In this document: one piece after another, positions 1 through 13,207 of the stretch
Numbering within the stretch: the first letter of the stretch is position 1
How the letters are laid out: each line of letters starts with the position of its first letter
Source of the DNA: Somniosus microcephalus
Lineage: Eukaryota
DNA length: 64,000 nucleotides
Assembly (NCBI GenBank): GCA_052327205.1
Contig: CM126220.1
Coordinates: 33,852,001-33,916,000, forward strand
Direction: 5' to 3'
Position numbers and translations under genes: made by a program
Notes under the pieces: generated by a model
Databases searched by the model: none
What the model saw: the letters and a program-made list of their open reading frames with translations, nothing else
What the model was told of the DNA's origin: nothing

Positions 1-1049
1 ATGGAGACTTTACTACCGAACATCTCAATGGCCATTCTCTGGTTTACGCTGATATTATACGATCACCACAAAAAATTTCTATACACAAGCTGTGCCAGTT
101 TTCAAACAATGCAATGAAGCAAAAGCCAATATAACTGCAAGTTCCAATCAGGTGGTACAGTACCACTCCAGACATGCAAGATTGGCATCAGTTCCCGTTG
201 GTCACGACACGCGACACTGGGGAAAAGAAACCACAGGCCAAAAATCGGAGGCTCTTTTGGTGCAATCTCACTAACTTTGGTGGGAGCGTGCGTCATGGGC
301 CATATATGCAGAGTCCTGGCCTCGTAGGAATGTGTCTACTCGGGGTAGAGTTTCCACCTACCCAGAATGAGATAAGGAGCCGGGGGGGGGGGGGGGGGGG
401 TGCATGGCCAGGGGAGGACTTCTCTAAGGGACTTCCTATGTTCCCATCACTCAGAGGAACCTGGTGTAAGCAAGGACTGGTGTACCTACCCACCAAACAG
501 GGGAAGTAGGGCTCACCTGGGAGACCAGGCTGGACCCCTGAAGAAGAGGCCACTATGCTATTTTACTTCCCATGGCAGAAAAGCACCTACCATTGCCAGA
601 ACAACAAACATGACCCCACGAACTTTGGTGATGTCAGCAGCAGAAGTTCTGGGCAAGCGCACCTTGGCACTTATGCCCTCCCTGCAGATTTCTGACCCCA
701 AAAAGGTCAATAAAATGAAATGAACCCATTAGTGAACTCCACATATCATATCTCAGCACATTTCAAGAACAGAGCACACCTGAAAGCGAGATGACACAAG
801 TCACTCAAAGCCTTGATGTGCAACATGCTCCAATGTATGCGCTATTCTATACATACGGTGATCACACTGCATTTATGCTACAGTGTAAGGATAGAAAAAA
901 AAGAGGAAAAATGTTGACCGGCATACTTAACTGAAAAAAGTAAATTATAGCAAGATATAAAGGAATCTTGCCCACATTAAATGGAAGGAAAAATTGACAA
1001 ACAAAATTGTATAATTTTGAAAATTTGTTAATGACACCAAGTTACAGGT

Positions 1050-1885
1050 TTAGCAAATTGTGACTAAAGATTTTTAAATACTGCAAGAGGACATAGATAG
1101 GCTAGCAGGAATGGGTAGTTAGGTGGCATATACAGTCAAGTGTAGGAAAATGTGAAATAATACATTTTGAAAGCAAAAATAGGGAAAGAAAAAGCACCTT
1201 AAATTGTACATTTTAAAATGGAGTAGACAAGCAGAGGGACCTTGTGCAGTAAAAAGGTGGCAGTGCAAGTAAATATGGCCATTAAAAGGCAAACTGAGTC
1301 CTTGGTTTTATATCTAGAGACATTGAATACAAATACAAAGAGGCAATGCTGAACTTATACAAGGCATTAGTTGGGGTGTAGCGCTCTGGGCACTCAATAA
1401 TAGAAAGCATAAAAAAAATGGTGGAGTGCTGTTACCAAGGATACAGGGATTACAGCTATGAAGAGAGACTGGAGAAGTCAGGGCTTTTGTCATCAGAAGG
1501 TTGAGGGGTGACCCTGTATGAAGAGTTATAAAGATAAATAGCAATAGGTTGTCTGGTTGGTCTAACAAGAGAATGCAAATTTATGGTAATCACAAAGAAT
1601 GAAGAGAGGAGATTAGAAAAAATCTTTACAAAGAGGGTGGTTAAGATGTGGAGGTCTTGCCCAAATATGTTGTTGTTGAATCAGAGTGCATAATTTTTAT
1701 TTTTTTTTATTTTTTTATTTTTTTTATTTAAAAAGGTAATTATATAATTGCTTGACAAAAATATTAAAAAGCTATAGGGAGCGAGCTGGAGTGTGGGATT
1801 AGACTAGGTAACTCTTGTAGATAAAACCGCCAGTGCAGACTTGACTAGCCAGTTTCTGGGCTGAAACATTCGATGATTCTAGCAT
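1050..1885 (+). mobile_element. Highly decayed CR1 LINE 3' region
   Basis: Remnants of the ORF2 C-terminus (GAGGGACCTTG, GCTATGAAGAGAGACTGGAGAAG, GAGGGTGGTTAAGATGTGG). Confidence 0.7.
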
Positions 1886-2784
1886 GGCTTCTGTATCAGT
1901 ACTATATGGTCATTGCGCTGTATGGGTATTGAATTGATTATTGTACATCATCAGTGTATGGTTAGGGACGCGGTGCAGTTTCTGTTCTGCATCAACAATA
2001 CCATACTATATAGTTATTGCAGTCCATGATTCCTTCACTGTCTCTATATGATTCCTACATTATGTCAGTACTGTGTGGATTTACAAACCTATTCATATTG
2101 TAGAATGAACATGACTAAAAGGCTGTGTGGCCTTAAATAACAGTACTTAACTGATAATTTCTTAAAAGGATAAAAATGTGCAATTGAAGAAAACATCCCT
2201 ATTCTTGGCAGTTCTAAATGAGTAATGCAGACAGACTAAAGTCAACATTCAACTTTGGTTTAAAAATCCAACAACAGTAAATCCTGGTTGTCCATCACCA
2301 ATTATGTGATTAGAAAGCTCTTTCTGGTGCGCAAACTATTTTTGACACTGTGAATGTGATACAATTCTGTTTCGCGGTTTGGTGACTGACTACTCTGTTA
2401 GATCAGATGCATTTTATTCTGTTTGAATAGAACAATAACCTCTGCTGTGTAATTTCCAGCACTCCCGCAGCCTGGGATGAATCGTTGCATTTTTCCCCTC
2501 CCTGAACAGTGAGTTTACAAGCTTTTTAATCCTATTTTGTGGTCAGCTGTCCTCCAATCCTCAGAGCCGATAAATCTATTTTAGTTCTGACTTGAACCGA
2601 AGCAAGTTCTCTTCTCGGAGGATGTGACGCTGGCTACAGCTGGAGCTGCAGGGGAATGTTTTGCTTCAGAGCTTTGTGTACAATGCAGTAAGTACCCAGC
2701 CATTCTACAAAGTTAGCTTCCAGACAATCCACAGGCTTGATTGTCTGAGAATTAATACGTCAAGGACAGCACTTGGGTGAGCTA

Positions 2785-3111
2785 CAGGAAACTCTCGTTT
2801 AAACGGCATCTCAATATCTGGAATTCTCTAACCGGCAAAATTCATACTCCGAAAACACCTCAATAACTGGAAATGTTGCCAAGTCAGAGTCCGAGTCCGA
2901 GTCTCCCGCGGTGGCCGAGTTAGTCAGTGGGGGTAGTTGTCCAAACTGCCACTACTCGGCTTCTTGGCGCGGTCAGAAGTCCGAACACCTCAATAACAGG
3001 AGTCGGACTCTTTGTTAAAAATAGCCTCGGTAGATAACCCTCTCCGTCATCCGGAATTTTTAATCAACCGGCACCATCCCGGTCCCGTCGGTGCCAGATA
3101 CCAGTTTCCTG
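2785..3111. mobile_element. Tc1/pogo-type MITE
   Basis: TA|CAGGAAAC ... GTTTCCTG|TA; internal repeats of the ACCGGCA motif; no coding capacity. Confidence 0.75.
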
Positions 3112-4158
3112 TACTATGAAACCAGATCCCAGCATGAGTCAACATCTTTTAGGAGAAAAGGCAAGAAAATAGGCTCACACAGATGAAAAACTCTCCAAAA
3201 TCCTTTATTTTTAATTCTACCTTGGAACATCCTGTACCAGAAATGTGCAAAAAAATAATTTGAGGCTTTTTTTTTTTTTAAAAACCTTTCCCTCTTTAAA
3301 CTGATTTTCAACAAAGATAAAATCTCCCACCCCTTTTCAAACTGACATCTGCCAAACATTTGGTTAGTTTATTACAGCAGATGCTTAAAAAAGATCTGTA
3401 TACATGGAAAGTGTAATGGATATTTCATCCTCAGAGATTGGATAAAAGTGACTAACTTTTTTCCAACCGTGGGCCTCAAAACTGGTGTTGAGTCAATTCC
3501 CATTGAAGATGTTCACGATGATTTTGAAGGGTTGAAACATTCTGACCTAGAGTTTAGACCCACAGCCTTAAATTATCAACAAATCTTAGAACAGGGAAAA
3601 GCACACTATACAATCATCATGAAGCATACTTCAGCTCTTCTATCCCTACAGATAGCCCTAAAACCATGTCAGGACAATTTTGAATGGCCACGACATTTGC
3701 TGATAAGTTTACAGTTAAGCAAAGAATCAAGTCATCTTTGCAAGTTGGTTATTTTGAATTTGATATATATTTAATAAGGAAAAAATTGCAGGGCTATGGG
3801 CAAAGGAGTGGGACTAATTGGACAGACTTTTCAAAGAGCCGGCACAGGCATGGGCCGAATGGCCTCCTTCAATGCTCTAGGATGAGACACCTCCAAGCTA
3901 TTCTCTCCCTGTGCTCCTTGCTAGATCTCCCAGTTACATTTTTTTATTTTTGGCTCCTATATTCAAGACCCAAGTGAGCTCTAGGTCCTTGGGAGTTTTA
4001 CCACTTGCCCTGATATCTCAGTCTCAGTGTGCCCAGGAGAGACTCAGCGATTTAAAACAAAGGGCAGGCTGATCGATCTCTCCAAATGGTACACAGTGCC
4101 AAACAGAATTTAAACAATAGTCTTGATAAAAATCAGAAAGGATGCCAGTCACATATCT

Positions 4159-7085
4159 GAGCGAATCATAGTTGCCGATTTTCGTATGTGGCTTACATTG
4201 GGCAGGTGGTGGGGGCAGCGTGCACTCAGCCTACCCAATAGTCAGCAAGGCCGAGCATGCCATTTTCATGGCCAGGCCTAACTTAAATGCAAGTCGGCGA
4301 GCTGCCAGCGCTAATCGCGTTCCCTATCGGCAGCTTGCCAATTGGGCGGGCAAGACGTCTGGCTTGGTTGTCGCTACTTAACAGCAGCCTGCAACAGCTT
4401 AAGAGGGAGGTTCACATTTTTATGGTGGAAAGTGAACAGAGATATTCTGGAGCAGCAGGCGGAATGATTTTAACCAGGGCCCCCAGGTTCTCTGATGCAG
4501 TGAGTGGAGCTGCTCATAGAAAAAATTAGCAGCAGGAAGGAGGTTCTCTTCCCCTCTGATGGATGACAGATGCCCAGACAAATTTCTCAGCAGCAATGGA
4601 GAAAGGTGGCAGTGCATATAAATGCTACAAGCATGGTTTCCAGAACCTAGCTGCAGGGAAAACTTAATGACCTCACTAGAAGTGCGAAGGTAAGACTCCC
4701 CTCCACTCTGTACAGCTCTGCAGCACGATTTAGCCCCAGCAATTGTTCTTTCCAACTTCCCATGCCACTCTTCCAAATGACACCCCCTCTATTTGCACAC
4801 TCCCCCTCAAAACCTGCTGCTCCCCTCTCTTGCCCATAACTTGCTGCTGATTCTGGTCATCTGTGCACTATGCTAAGCTACCTCATACATCTTGAAAACC
4901 CTCCAACAGGGCACAGTTTAACCAATTTCCATTCTTCCTGGAGGACAAGCTGGCACACAACAGAAGACAGAGTATGAGAACAGGAGAAGGTCCTGCCTCT
5001 ACACATATCCTGACACAAGTGGAAGAGGCCACCATCAACATCATTGGCAGAGAGAGGACCCACAACATTGGAGATGACCAGACTGGAGGCTATGCACTGT
5101 AGGGTGTTTGGGAATCTTCACCTCCTTTGCTCTTACCATTTAATTCTCTCACTGACACAATCAGGATGACAACCTGGTGCTGCAATTCCTCTACCACCAC
5201 TTACACTTGTAACTGTGCTAACCCTGTCCCACTCCCATTTATCATGGTCCAGTTCAAATAAGGGGGATCGAATAAGTATGAAGAACCCTTCCAAAGATGC
5301 ATCGTCATGCGCTCTTGCCCTTCCAAGCACCAGCACAGAAATCAGCATCCCGTGGTATAGATAGTAAGTCAGAAGGGTTCTGCATGGGCCGATTCAGTGC
5401 ACATGGGGGGGAAAAATAAATGCAGGTAGAAAGGACAGCCCAGGAAACAGCTCAATGGAGGGCTAGCTCATGTCATAGCTCCGCTGAAAAGGACAGAGGT
5501 GCAGACTTCAGAGGGCCCAGTCGTTAAAAGAAAGATGCTTTCTGTGCAGCAGCAATTGCTCAACGAATTGGACTGTCTGCCAGGGAGCTTCCAGAGCATG
5601 GAGTGTGTGGAATTCTGGTGCGTGGCATCAACACTTTGCAGTCAACCATGGAGCATGTGGTCACCGCAATGGATGCTGCAGCTGGGCCCTCCCAGAAGAG
5701 TCAGTGACACCATTAATAGCATCTCGCAGGGATGCTCAAACGTGTGTCCTGGACAGACAGAATGGATGGGGCTTCAGTCGGATCACACATCTTCTATGGT
5801 CTGTTCTCCCTCAGCTCAGTGATCTGCTTACTCACCAACCTCTAGGTCATCAATGTCTTTTTCCTCATCCAATGGATGCTCCACGTGTTGTCCCCATTAC
5901 ACAGCAAAGCTACGCAGCATACAGCAAACCACCATCATACAGGACACACTTTGTGGGCTAAATTGCAGGAAGTCTTCAGACCCGTTCGGATATCATCAAT
6001 CATTGCTCAAGGACTCCAATGGTCTGCTCCATCAGGACTCTAGTTAAATCATGGATCTGATTGTATGCAGTTCAGCTGCCGAGTGGGTTCCTGAGAGAAA
6101 TCATGAGTAATGTGCAGGGGATAACCTGATGAATCAAATTGATGAAAGTGTTTGCTCTGGCAAACATAGCATCAGTCACCTGCCTAATGCAGACTGACTG
6201 ATGTTACTGATTTCCCCTGTGGCAACTTAGAAGGAGCTGGAGACAAAGTAGTTCAGGGCAGAAGTGACCTTGACTGCAATAGGCAATGCTGTGCTAACTG
6301 TGGCAGTTGTAATTCAGGGCTGCAGTGACCATGACTATGCAGTGCTAGCTGTGGCAGTTGTAATTCAGGGCTGCAGTGACTGCGACTATGCAGTGCTAGC
6401 TGTGGCAGTTGTAATTCAGGGCTGCAGTGACCGTGACTATGCAATGCTAGCTGCGGCAGTTGTAATTCAGGGCTGCAGTGACTGTGACTATGCAGTGCTA
6501 GCTGTGGCAGTTGGTTGCAAGTCCTGTTGCAGGAGAGGACACATCTGTGACAGGGTCCCTCGAGAAGCACAGCCTTCTTATGCACTGCTCCTCAGAACTG
6601 CAGCTATGTTGAGCTGGGTCTATACATTCTTTTGGGAGGGTGAGGATTCCTGCACGCATGCCCCCTTCCATTTATTCTTTCCTCCTCCCCCCATTGCCAG
6701 AGTGGAGTTCATCTAATTAACAAAAATACAAGCAAATTACCTCCCAAAAGTTCTCAGCGTTTGACCAGAGTGCAGCTGAGGATCCCCTTGAATATCACCA
6801 GAAATGGCCGCCTTCCAACTTATGGCCAGGATCAGTAACTAGCGGTAGCAGCACAGGCAGACACTAATTGGCATTGGGGGTCCGGACTATGTCATCTGAC
6901 CCGGATTAGTAGATATTCATTAGGCCCCCACCTGTTTCTAGAGGAACTCTGGCTGCCTAAAAATCGAGGTCTACCTGGAAATTGGAATGGGCAGACAACC
7001 AGCCAGTGCAGAGTCTCTCATAACTTTGGTCCAACTACTGACCCATTTTTAGGCACAAATGGGGCATTTGAGACGCAATTTGCCC
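4159..7085. mobile_element. Decayed PIF/Harbinger transposon (Myb/SANT-like ORF remnant on +, HARBI1-like nuclease remnant on -)
   Basis: + strand RAPRFSDA motif at ~4475. Minus strand 6600-6140 reads SEEQCIRRLCFSR...ALPIAVKVTSALNYFVSSSF*VATGEISNISQSA...VTDAMFARANTFIN. Right end AATTTGCCC resembles the MITE TIRs; left end approximate. Confidence 0.7.
6291..6512. repeat. Minisatellite, 51-bp unit x ~4.4
   Basis: Unit GTGCTAGCTGTGGCAGTTGTAATTCAGGGCTGCAGTGACTGCGACTATGCA; explains the 17-aa repeats in the ORF track. Confidence 0.92.
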
Positions 7086-7544
7086 TGTATGTTTCTATTT
7101 GAATTGAGTGGCTTCCTCATGTAACTGCCTGTGACAATCAACTTGCAACATGATTTCTGTGAGTGAACTTGATTTTTATTTAACCCATTAGGCACTTTGA
7201 CAGAATTAAAGAAGACCGTCCCACACTAAATCTTGGACTAAAATATATAAGTCATTTTTGTCACATTCCCCATGCCATGCACCACACTCACCCAAAATGG
7301 CAGGTGACCAACATGGCTCTTTTGGGCCTCCGACAGGTCCAAGGATATTCACAAGAGTGGGTCAGCGTGACTGTCACTGGTTGTCGTGGCTGTCTAGTTT
7401 TGGAAAAGGGTTCCAAACAAAATTAAACTAAATTTTTTTTTAAATCGTTGCCTCTGTTTATTGCTTCGGCAACACTGGTTCTTTGGTTCTTGACACAGGC
7501 TTACCAAATGAATGATACAATTACCTCCACAACGAGGTTCCAGC

Positions 7545-10124
7545 TAGGTAGACTATCCTTTATCCGAAAACCTCGGGACCAGCCGTGTTTCGGTTTTAGG
7601 AAAATTTCGGATGGTGCGCGAAAACACTTCGGTTTTCAGAGGTAATTCGGTTTTCGGGAGTGCGGATAAAGGATACACTATCCCTTATCCGAAAATAACG
7701 ACTATAAATACTGTAGTTACAGGGATAAATACTGTAGTACAGTTTATTTGTAAGGAAAACATTCAGTAAAACTTCAAACATGTACAGGTACAAACTAAGC
7801 TAAATACCTGTACATAAACATGCAATAAAAAGGTACATTACATCTGGCTTGAGGATCTTGGAGAAGATGGTACATCAGTGTTGTCATCATTGTCATCAGG
7901 TTGGAGTTGGACATCTGAAGATGGGCCAGGAACAGGATTCTCAAGTGATGAAGCATGACTACGACAGACGGCCTTTTTAAAGACTTCTTCCAGTGTCATC
8001 TGTCTCATTAACATTGGTTTCTGTCTAAGCAGTCTCTCTTTAATTGAGTAAACTTGCATAATCTCTTGCTCACTGATAAATGCACGTTTTTCAAGGCCAG
8101 CAATTAACTGATCACACATTGTCACCATATCGTCTATGGGGATTTTTTCACCTGTGTTCACAATGTCATCATCATCATCACTACTGTCCTCATGCTTGTC
8201 TTTATTTAACACCATTTCAGCAATGTCCCCATCACTCAATGAATTCACAACAGGTGCATCATTGTCAATGTTCAGCACTTCTTCGATGTCAGCTTCCTCT
8301 AACGTATTTACACTTTTGGATGATAAACCTTTGGCGTAAGTGAGGTTTGATATCATCATCTTCTCCTGACTGACAGGAAATCCTTCAAACTCGTCATCTG
8401 CAGGTCCATCTTCATGAAACATCATTGAAGGCCAAAGTCTGTGCCAAGCATTTTTTAATGTTGGTTTGTCAACATCGTTCCAAGCATTAGCAACTGCATA
8501 AATGGCATCCTTAACATTGAATTCTTTCAGGAAGCTTTGGATTCCTTCGCCTCTGTTGATTGCATCAAGCATAGAGTTCAAAAAAACGTCTTTATACTTG
8601 CTCTTCATGGAGCGTAAAATTCCTTGGTCACAAGGCTGTATTAAAGATGTCACATTAGGGGGAAAGTTAATGCCGAAAACATAACTTTTCACAAGAAGTT
8701 CAGGAGGGGGATGTGCGGAGCAGTTGTCCAGGAACAATAAAATTTTGCAGTTTTCTTCCAGTCCAACTTGCCTGCAATGAGCTCGTGTCGCTGGTACGAA
8801 GTGGTTATTGAACCAGTGAGAAAATATTCCTCTGGTTACCCATGCTTTCCTGCTCGCATAATAATGCACAGGTAAATTGCATACACCTTTCAAACATCTC
8901 GGATGTTGGCTTTTTCCAATCACTACCAACTTTAACTTGTGTGTGCCTGCAGCATTGGCACACCCAAGAACAGTCAACCTGTCATTAGCATCCTTAAAAC
9001 CTGCTGGTGCACTCTCATCAGCCGTTGCTAATGTTTTTCTGGAACGTAGCGCCAGAACAGAGCGGTTTCATCAGCATTATAAATTTGTTCAGGACCGAGG
9101 TTTTCATCCGATATTATTTTTGCAAACTCATCTATGTAATTTTCAGCTGCTTCATGATCAGCAGAAGCTTTTTCACCACAGATTTTCAGATATTTTATAC
9201 CATGACGCTTCTTAAATTTATGCAGCCAACCTTCTGAATATTCACACTCAACTTCAATGTTCAGTTCTTCATGGTATATTCTAGCTTGCTTCATGACCAT
9301 CAAACCAGTCAGTGGCACACGTTCACTTCTGTGTTGTCGAATCCACTCAATCAGCACACGGTCAAGATCTTCATTTTTTACCCTATGCAATGTTTTCCTA
9401 ATTTTCATTAGTTTATGGTCATCACTGTCAGTGTAAAATTTCAACAAATTGTCTTTCTGTTTCTTTAAGTCATATACGGTAGTACTTCCCACACCATATT
9501 CTTCAGTAAGATGTCGCACAGACACACCACGATCAAGCTTCTGCAATAACTCCACTTTCTGCGATATCGATAATGAGTGATGCTTCCTTCTCTGCTTCTC
9601 ACTGTTACCCATTGGGGTATCTGCAGCTCTTTTTAGCATTTTCACAAATTGTTAAAAGCCAGCAAATATCTAAGAGAGCAGCAAATATCACACAGAGCAG
9701 CATAACACCTGCGTGGGTCAAGCATCGGCAGGTCATGCTTTGCGCCACTTTCGGCTTTCAGAGGTTTTCTGGTTTCGGATGTGCGGATAAAGGCTGGTAC
9801 AATATCTCTTACCCGAAATGGGGTGGGGGTCGGGTTTGGCCGGGGTCGTGCGCATTTCGGTTTTCAGAAGTCATGCTTTGCTCCACTTGGCTTTCAGAGG
9901 TTTTCTGGTTTCGGATGTGCGGATAAAGGCTGGTACACTTACGCTGAGCGATTTCGGTTTTCAGAAGTGCGGAAAAATGCTACACTATCCCTTATCCGGC
10001 TAGGCCTGTAAGTCGTGCGCCACTCTGGTCATGTCGTGCGCACGACTTACGCTGACCGAAAAAACCTTTGGTTTTTAAAGAGGGTTTCGGTTTTCGGAAG
10101 TCCAGATAAAGGGTGGTCTACCTA
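7545..10124 (-). mobile_element. pogo/Tigger DNA transposon, full length
   Basis: Inverted termini TAGGTAGACTATCCTTTATCCG / CAGATAAAGGGTGGTCTACCTA, TA at ends, repeated subterminal motifs, internal transposase. Confidence 0.9.
7838..9645 (-). pseudogene. Tigger (Jerky/TIGD-like) transposase with a single frameshift at ~9041
   Basis: HTH_psq and CENP-B HTH (SEGWLHKFKKRHGI), YNADET, LDNCSAHP, QPCDQG (DD32D). ORFs 9645..9028 and 8977..7838 join as YVP/RKTLATADESAPAGFKDANDRLTVLG if 1 nt is restored. Confidence 0.9.
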
Positions 10125-11039
10125 TACTAGATATAGAAGCAATTATCTGGTATAATCTTCTCCTTCCCTCTTATTTCAGAATTAAATGTTCAATAATGAC
10201 AAAAAAAACTTAACTGCTAAATGTATTGGCTCATTTAAATACATGACAGGTAGCAATCGACTTGAAGGTCATTAGGAAAACCGACGCTGTATTCACGTGG
10301 ATTTTTTTTTTTCAATAAACTGAACTTAATTTAACTGTCACCATATAGGATAATCCTAATACTGGTATTAGTACTAGTCTGGTACTATTAGTAGTACTAA
10401 TCCTAGTACTTAGCCTCTATCCCACACCGCCTCCCAGCAGAGGCTGGAGATTCAATGTGCCGCATCATTGTCATCACCCAGAGTGGTAAATGATTAAAAT
10501 TCACCATCGCATGAATTTCCTTTTATTCACACACTAGCTGTTAATAAAATAACTCCCAGCAGACCTTTGACTAAATTAACACACTACAGACCGAAAATGA
10601 AAGCATTTGTATTTTATTTTTGGTTGCAGTCTGACTCACATAGCTAAAAGTAAAAATAAATCTTGGATTTATTGCAGGCTATAATACGGATTCCGATGAC
10701 TGGTTTAAATAGTATTTTACTTCCTGCAGTGCTCAGAGAATTATAATTAACTTGTAAGGATGTCAGATTCAAGTAATGAAATGCTGGTGTAATTGCCTCT
10801 ATGTCCCCTGTCTGCTGGGAAATGCTTCTGAAAGAAATGCTGTTCGTTGCTTTTAAAAATGTAACATTACAAATTTGAAAAGTAAAAATTTACTTGAAAT
10901 TTTTAAAAATATGAATCTTTCATTTTCTCTCTTCACCTGGTTTTGCTGGCTCATACTGTGGTATGGTTCTGCAGCTTGAACCCACCGTCCAGTATCTCAG
11001 CCAGTGGCTCTTTTCCATTTCTGTGAACCTAGACATTAA

Positions 11040-12650
11040 GGGCTCGAATTTCTAAGCCCCGTTGAGGCGGGTTTGGAGGCAGGAGTGGGGGGAAAATTGC
11101 AGAATCGGGGGGGCACGAACCCTTCCAGTCTCCATGCCCGTTTCCCAGGAGGCGGGTACCCGACCTGTGCTGGGAGCCGCCTCCCCGAAGGGGATTAGTG
11201 CCAATTAACTGCCTGTTAACAGGTAGTTAACAGGCAGTTTTTGGCCTAATCCCTATTTTTAGCCCTGAAGTGTGGGCTTCCCAACGGCGCCACACCACAC
11301 CAAGTTAGCGAGGCAGACCGTCAGGCTGAAGGACTTGGAGGGTTCGAAATGTCCGGTGCTCAGTTGAGTGATGGGTGCATGAGTGCAGAGGTAAAGTGTG
11401 TTTGATGTGTGTAAAGTGTTTAAATAAGTTTTACTTATTTTTACTTACTAATGTAGGCTTCCTTCCTTCAGGTCTCGGGAGTCCGTCATCTCACCGGCAC
11501 AGAAAGCAGAATGGCCGCGAGCTGTCAAAAGCTGCAGCTTTCTGTTCTGGAGAGATTTCTAACCGAGTCTGTGGAGAAGGACTCAAGTTAGAAATCAGAT
11601 TGTCAGTGTTTGACAGCTTCACAGAGCTGTGAAACGCTGATATTTCATCTGTCAAAAGCTCTTGGCAGATGAAATGTCAATCCCTGACGTCACCTGTAAC
11701 CGGGTGTCCCTTAATTGGACTGCTGAGCGGGCTCAACAAGGTCAATCAAGGGGAAATCATGTGGGTCGGCCACAAATCGATGGAGGCGGGACTACAACCC
11801 AAAAAGTCGGAGTCCCGCCTCCATCACGTCACATACGAGGAGAGGTTGAGTAGATTGGGACTCTACTCACTGGAGTTCAGAAGAATGAGAGGCAATCTTA
11901 TTGAAACATATAAGATTGTGAAGGGGCTTGATTGGGAACATCCTCACCGCATCCACCCGATGATGGGTGAAACTAGAACTAGGGGGCATAATCTTAGAAT
12001 AAGGGGCTGCTCTTTCAAAACTGAGATGAGGAGAAACTTCTTCACTCAGAGGGTGGTAGGTTTGTGGAATTTGCTGCCCCAGAAAGCTGTGGAAGCTACA
12101 TCATTAAATAAATTTAAAACAGAAATAGATAGTTTCCTAGAAGTAAAGGGAATTAAGGGTTACGGGGAGCAGGCAAGAAATTGGACATGAGTCTAGGTTC
12201 GGAATGGTCATGGCCCTGTGGGTAGTGGAGTGGGCCCAGGGGCCGTGTAGCCTGGTTCTGCTCCTACTGTGTTCTAATTCTGTGTTAGATTTCAGGAGAT
12301 GGTTTTATTCCTGTTTCTGGCTGGGGTGGAGATCGCCTTTACAGAAGGTAAGTACTGTAGAAAATATAGGGACAGAGTGATCTCCTGGAAGAATTTCGAT
12401 CGCCTAGATGGGTCGGAGAGGAATTTCCCAGATTTTTTTCTCCCAAATTGGCCATTGGGTCTTGATCTGGTTTTTCGCCTCTCCCGGGAGATCACATGGG
12501 TTCGGGTGGATGCAGAGTGATAGAAGATTTGAGGTTAGGATCAGATCAGTCATGATCTTATTGAATGGTGGAGCAGGCTCGAGGGGCCGATTGGCCTACT
12601 CCTGCTCCTATTTCTTATGTTCTTATGTCCCCATTGACAAAATCCAGCCC
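11040..12650. mobile_element. Harbinger-type MITE interrupted by a CR1 3' fragment
   Basis: TAA|GGGCTCGAATTT ... AAAATCCAGCCC|TAA (3-bp TAA TSD). Confidence 0.75.
11829..12628 (+). mobile_element. CR1 LINE 3' fragment nested in the MITE
   Basis: [27 protein letters not shown]...FFTQRVV; ends GGCCTACTCCTGCTCCTATTTCTTATGTTCTTATGT. Confidence 0.9.
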
Positions 12651-13207
12651 TAAATGTCAACAGTCTACTCACCTGTGAAGGGCAACACCCAATCATATCC
12701 TCACCTCGATCTCCATACATGCACACTAACCACTGGATAACAAACAGAAATAGGAAACAGTTGATTATTCACTTTCCTAACCCAGGTATAGGACCTTAAT
12801 TGCCACTTAGCTAACCCAGCACAGACCAGAAACCAAACCTGGGATCGTCTTGGTCTTTTATAGCTCAGTTACGCACAATTATAAAATAAGCCATTTGGGA
12901 GGCCTCCAAAAATGTCTATTGGGCTCCTTCCAACATTAAATTGATCTGAACAGAACCATTTCAATCACTTAATATTGACAACACTTGCTGCTACAGAAGT
13001 GAGAGTGCACTTTTAAGCTTAAGTGACCAGATTAGATGTCTGCCCTCAGGCATCATCATCAATCATCATCATACATCCTCAAAGAATCATTTATTGGAAC
13101 TGAACACAGGCCAGATACAAAAACCATAAAAATTTTAAATAAATAATTCAACTGCGGTTATTGAAGTTTCTGGGGTGATCAAAGGCATGAGAACATAGGA
13201 ATTGCTA

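Noticed and set aside
1-720. Several short ORFs; possible GAS2L1 exon or retroelement remnant
   Set aside because: No GAR-domain sequence or convincing splice sites on the minus strand; family not recognisable by eye
6253-6716. ORFs with 17-aa repeats on both strands
   Set aside because: By-product of the 51-bp minisatellite inside a dead Harbinger element
7838-9645. Domesticated TIGD/JRKL host gene
   Set aside because: Flanked by intact TIRs and frameshifted, so better explained as a transposon copy
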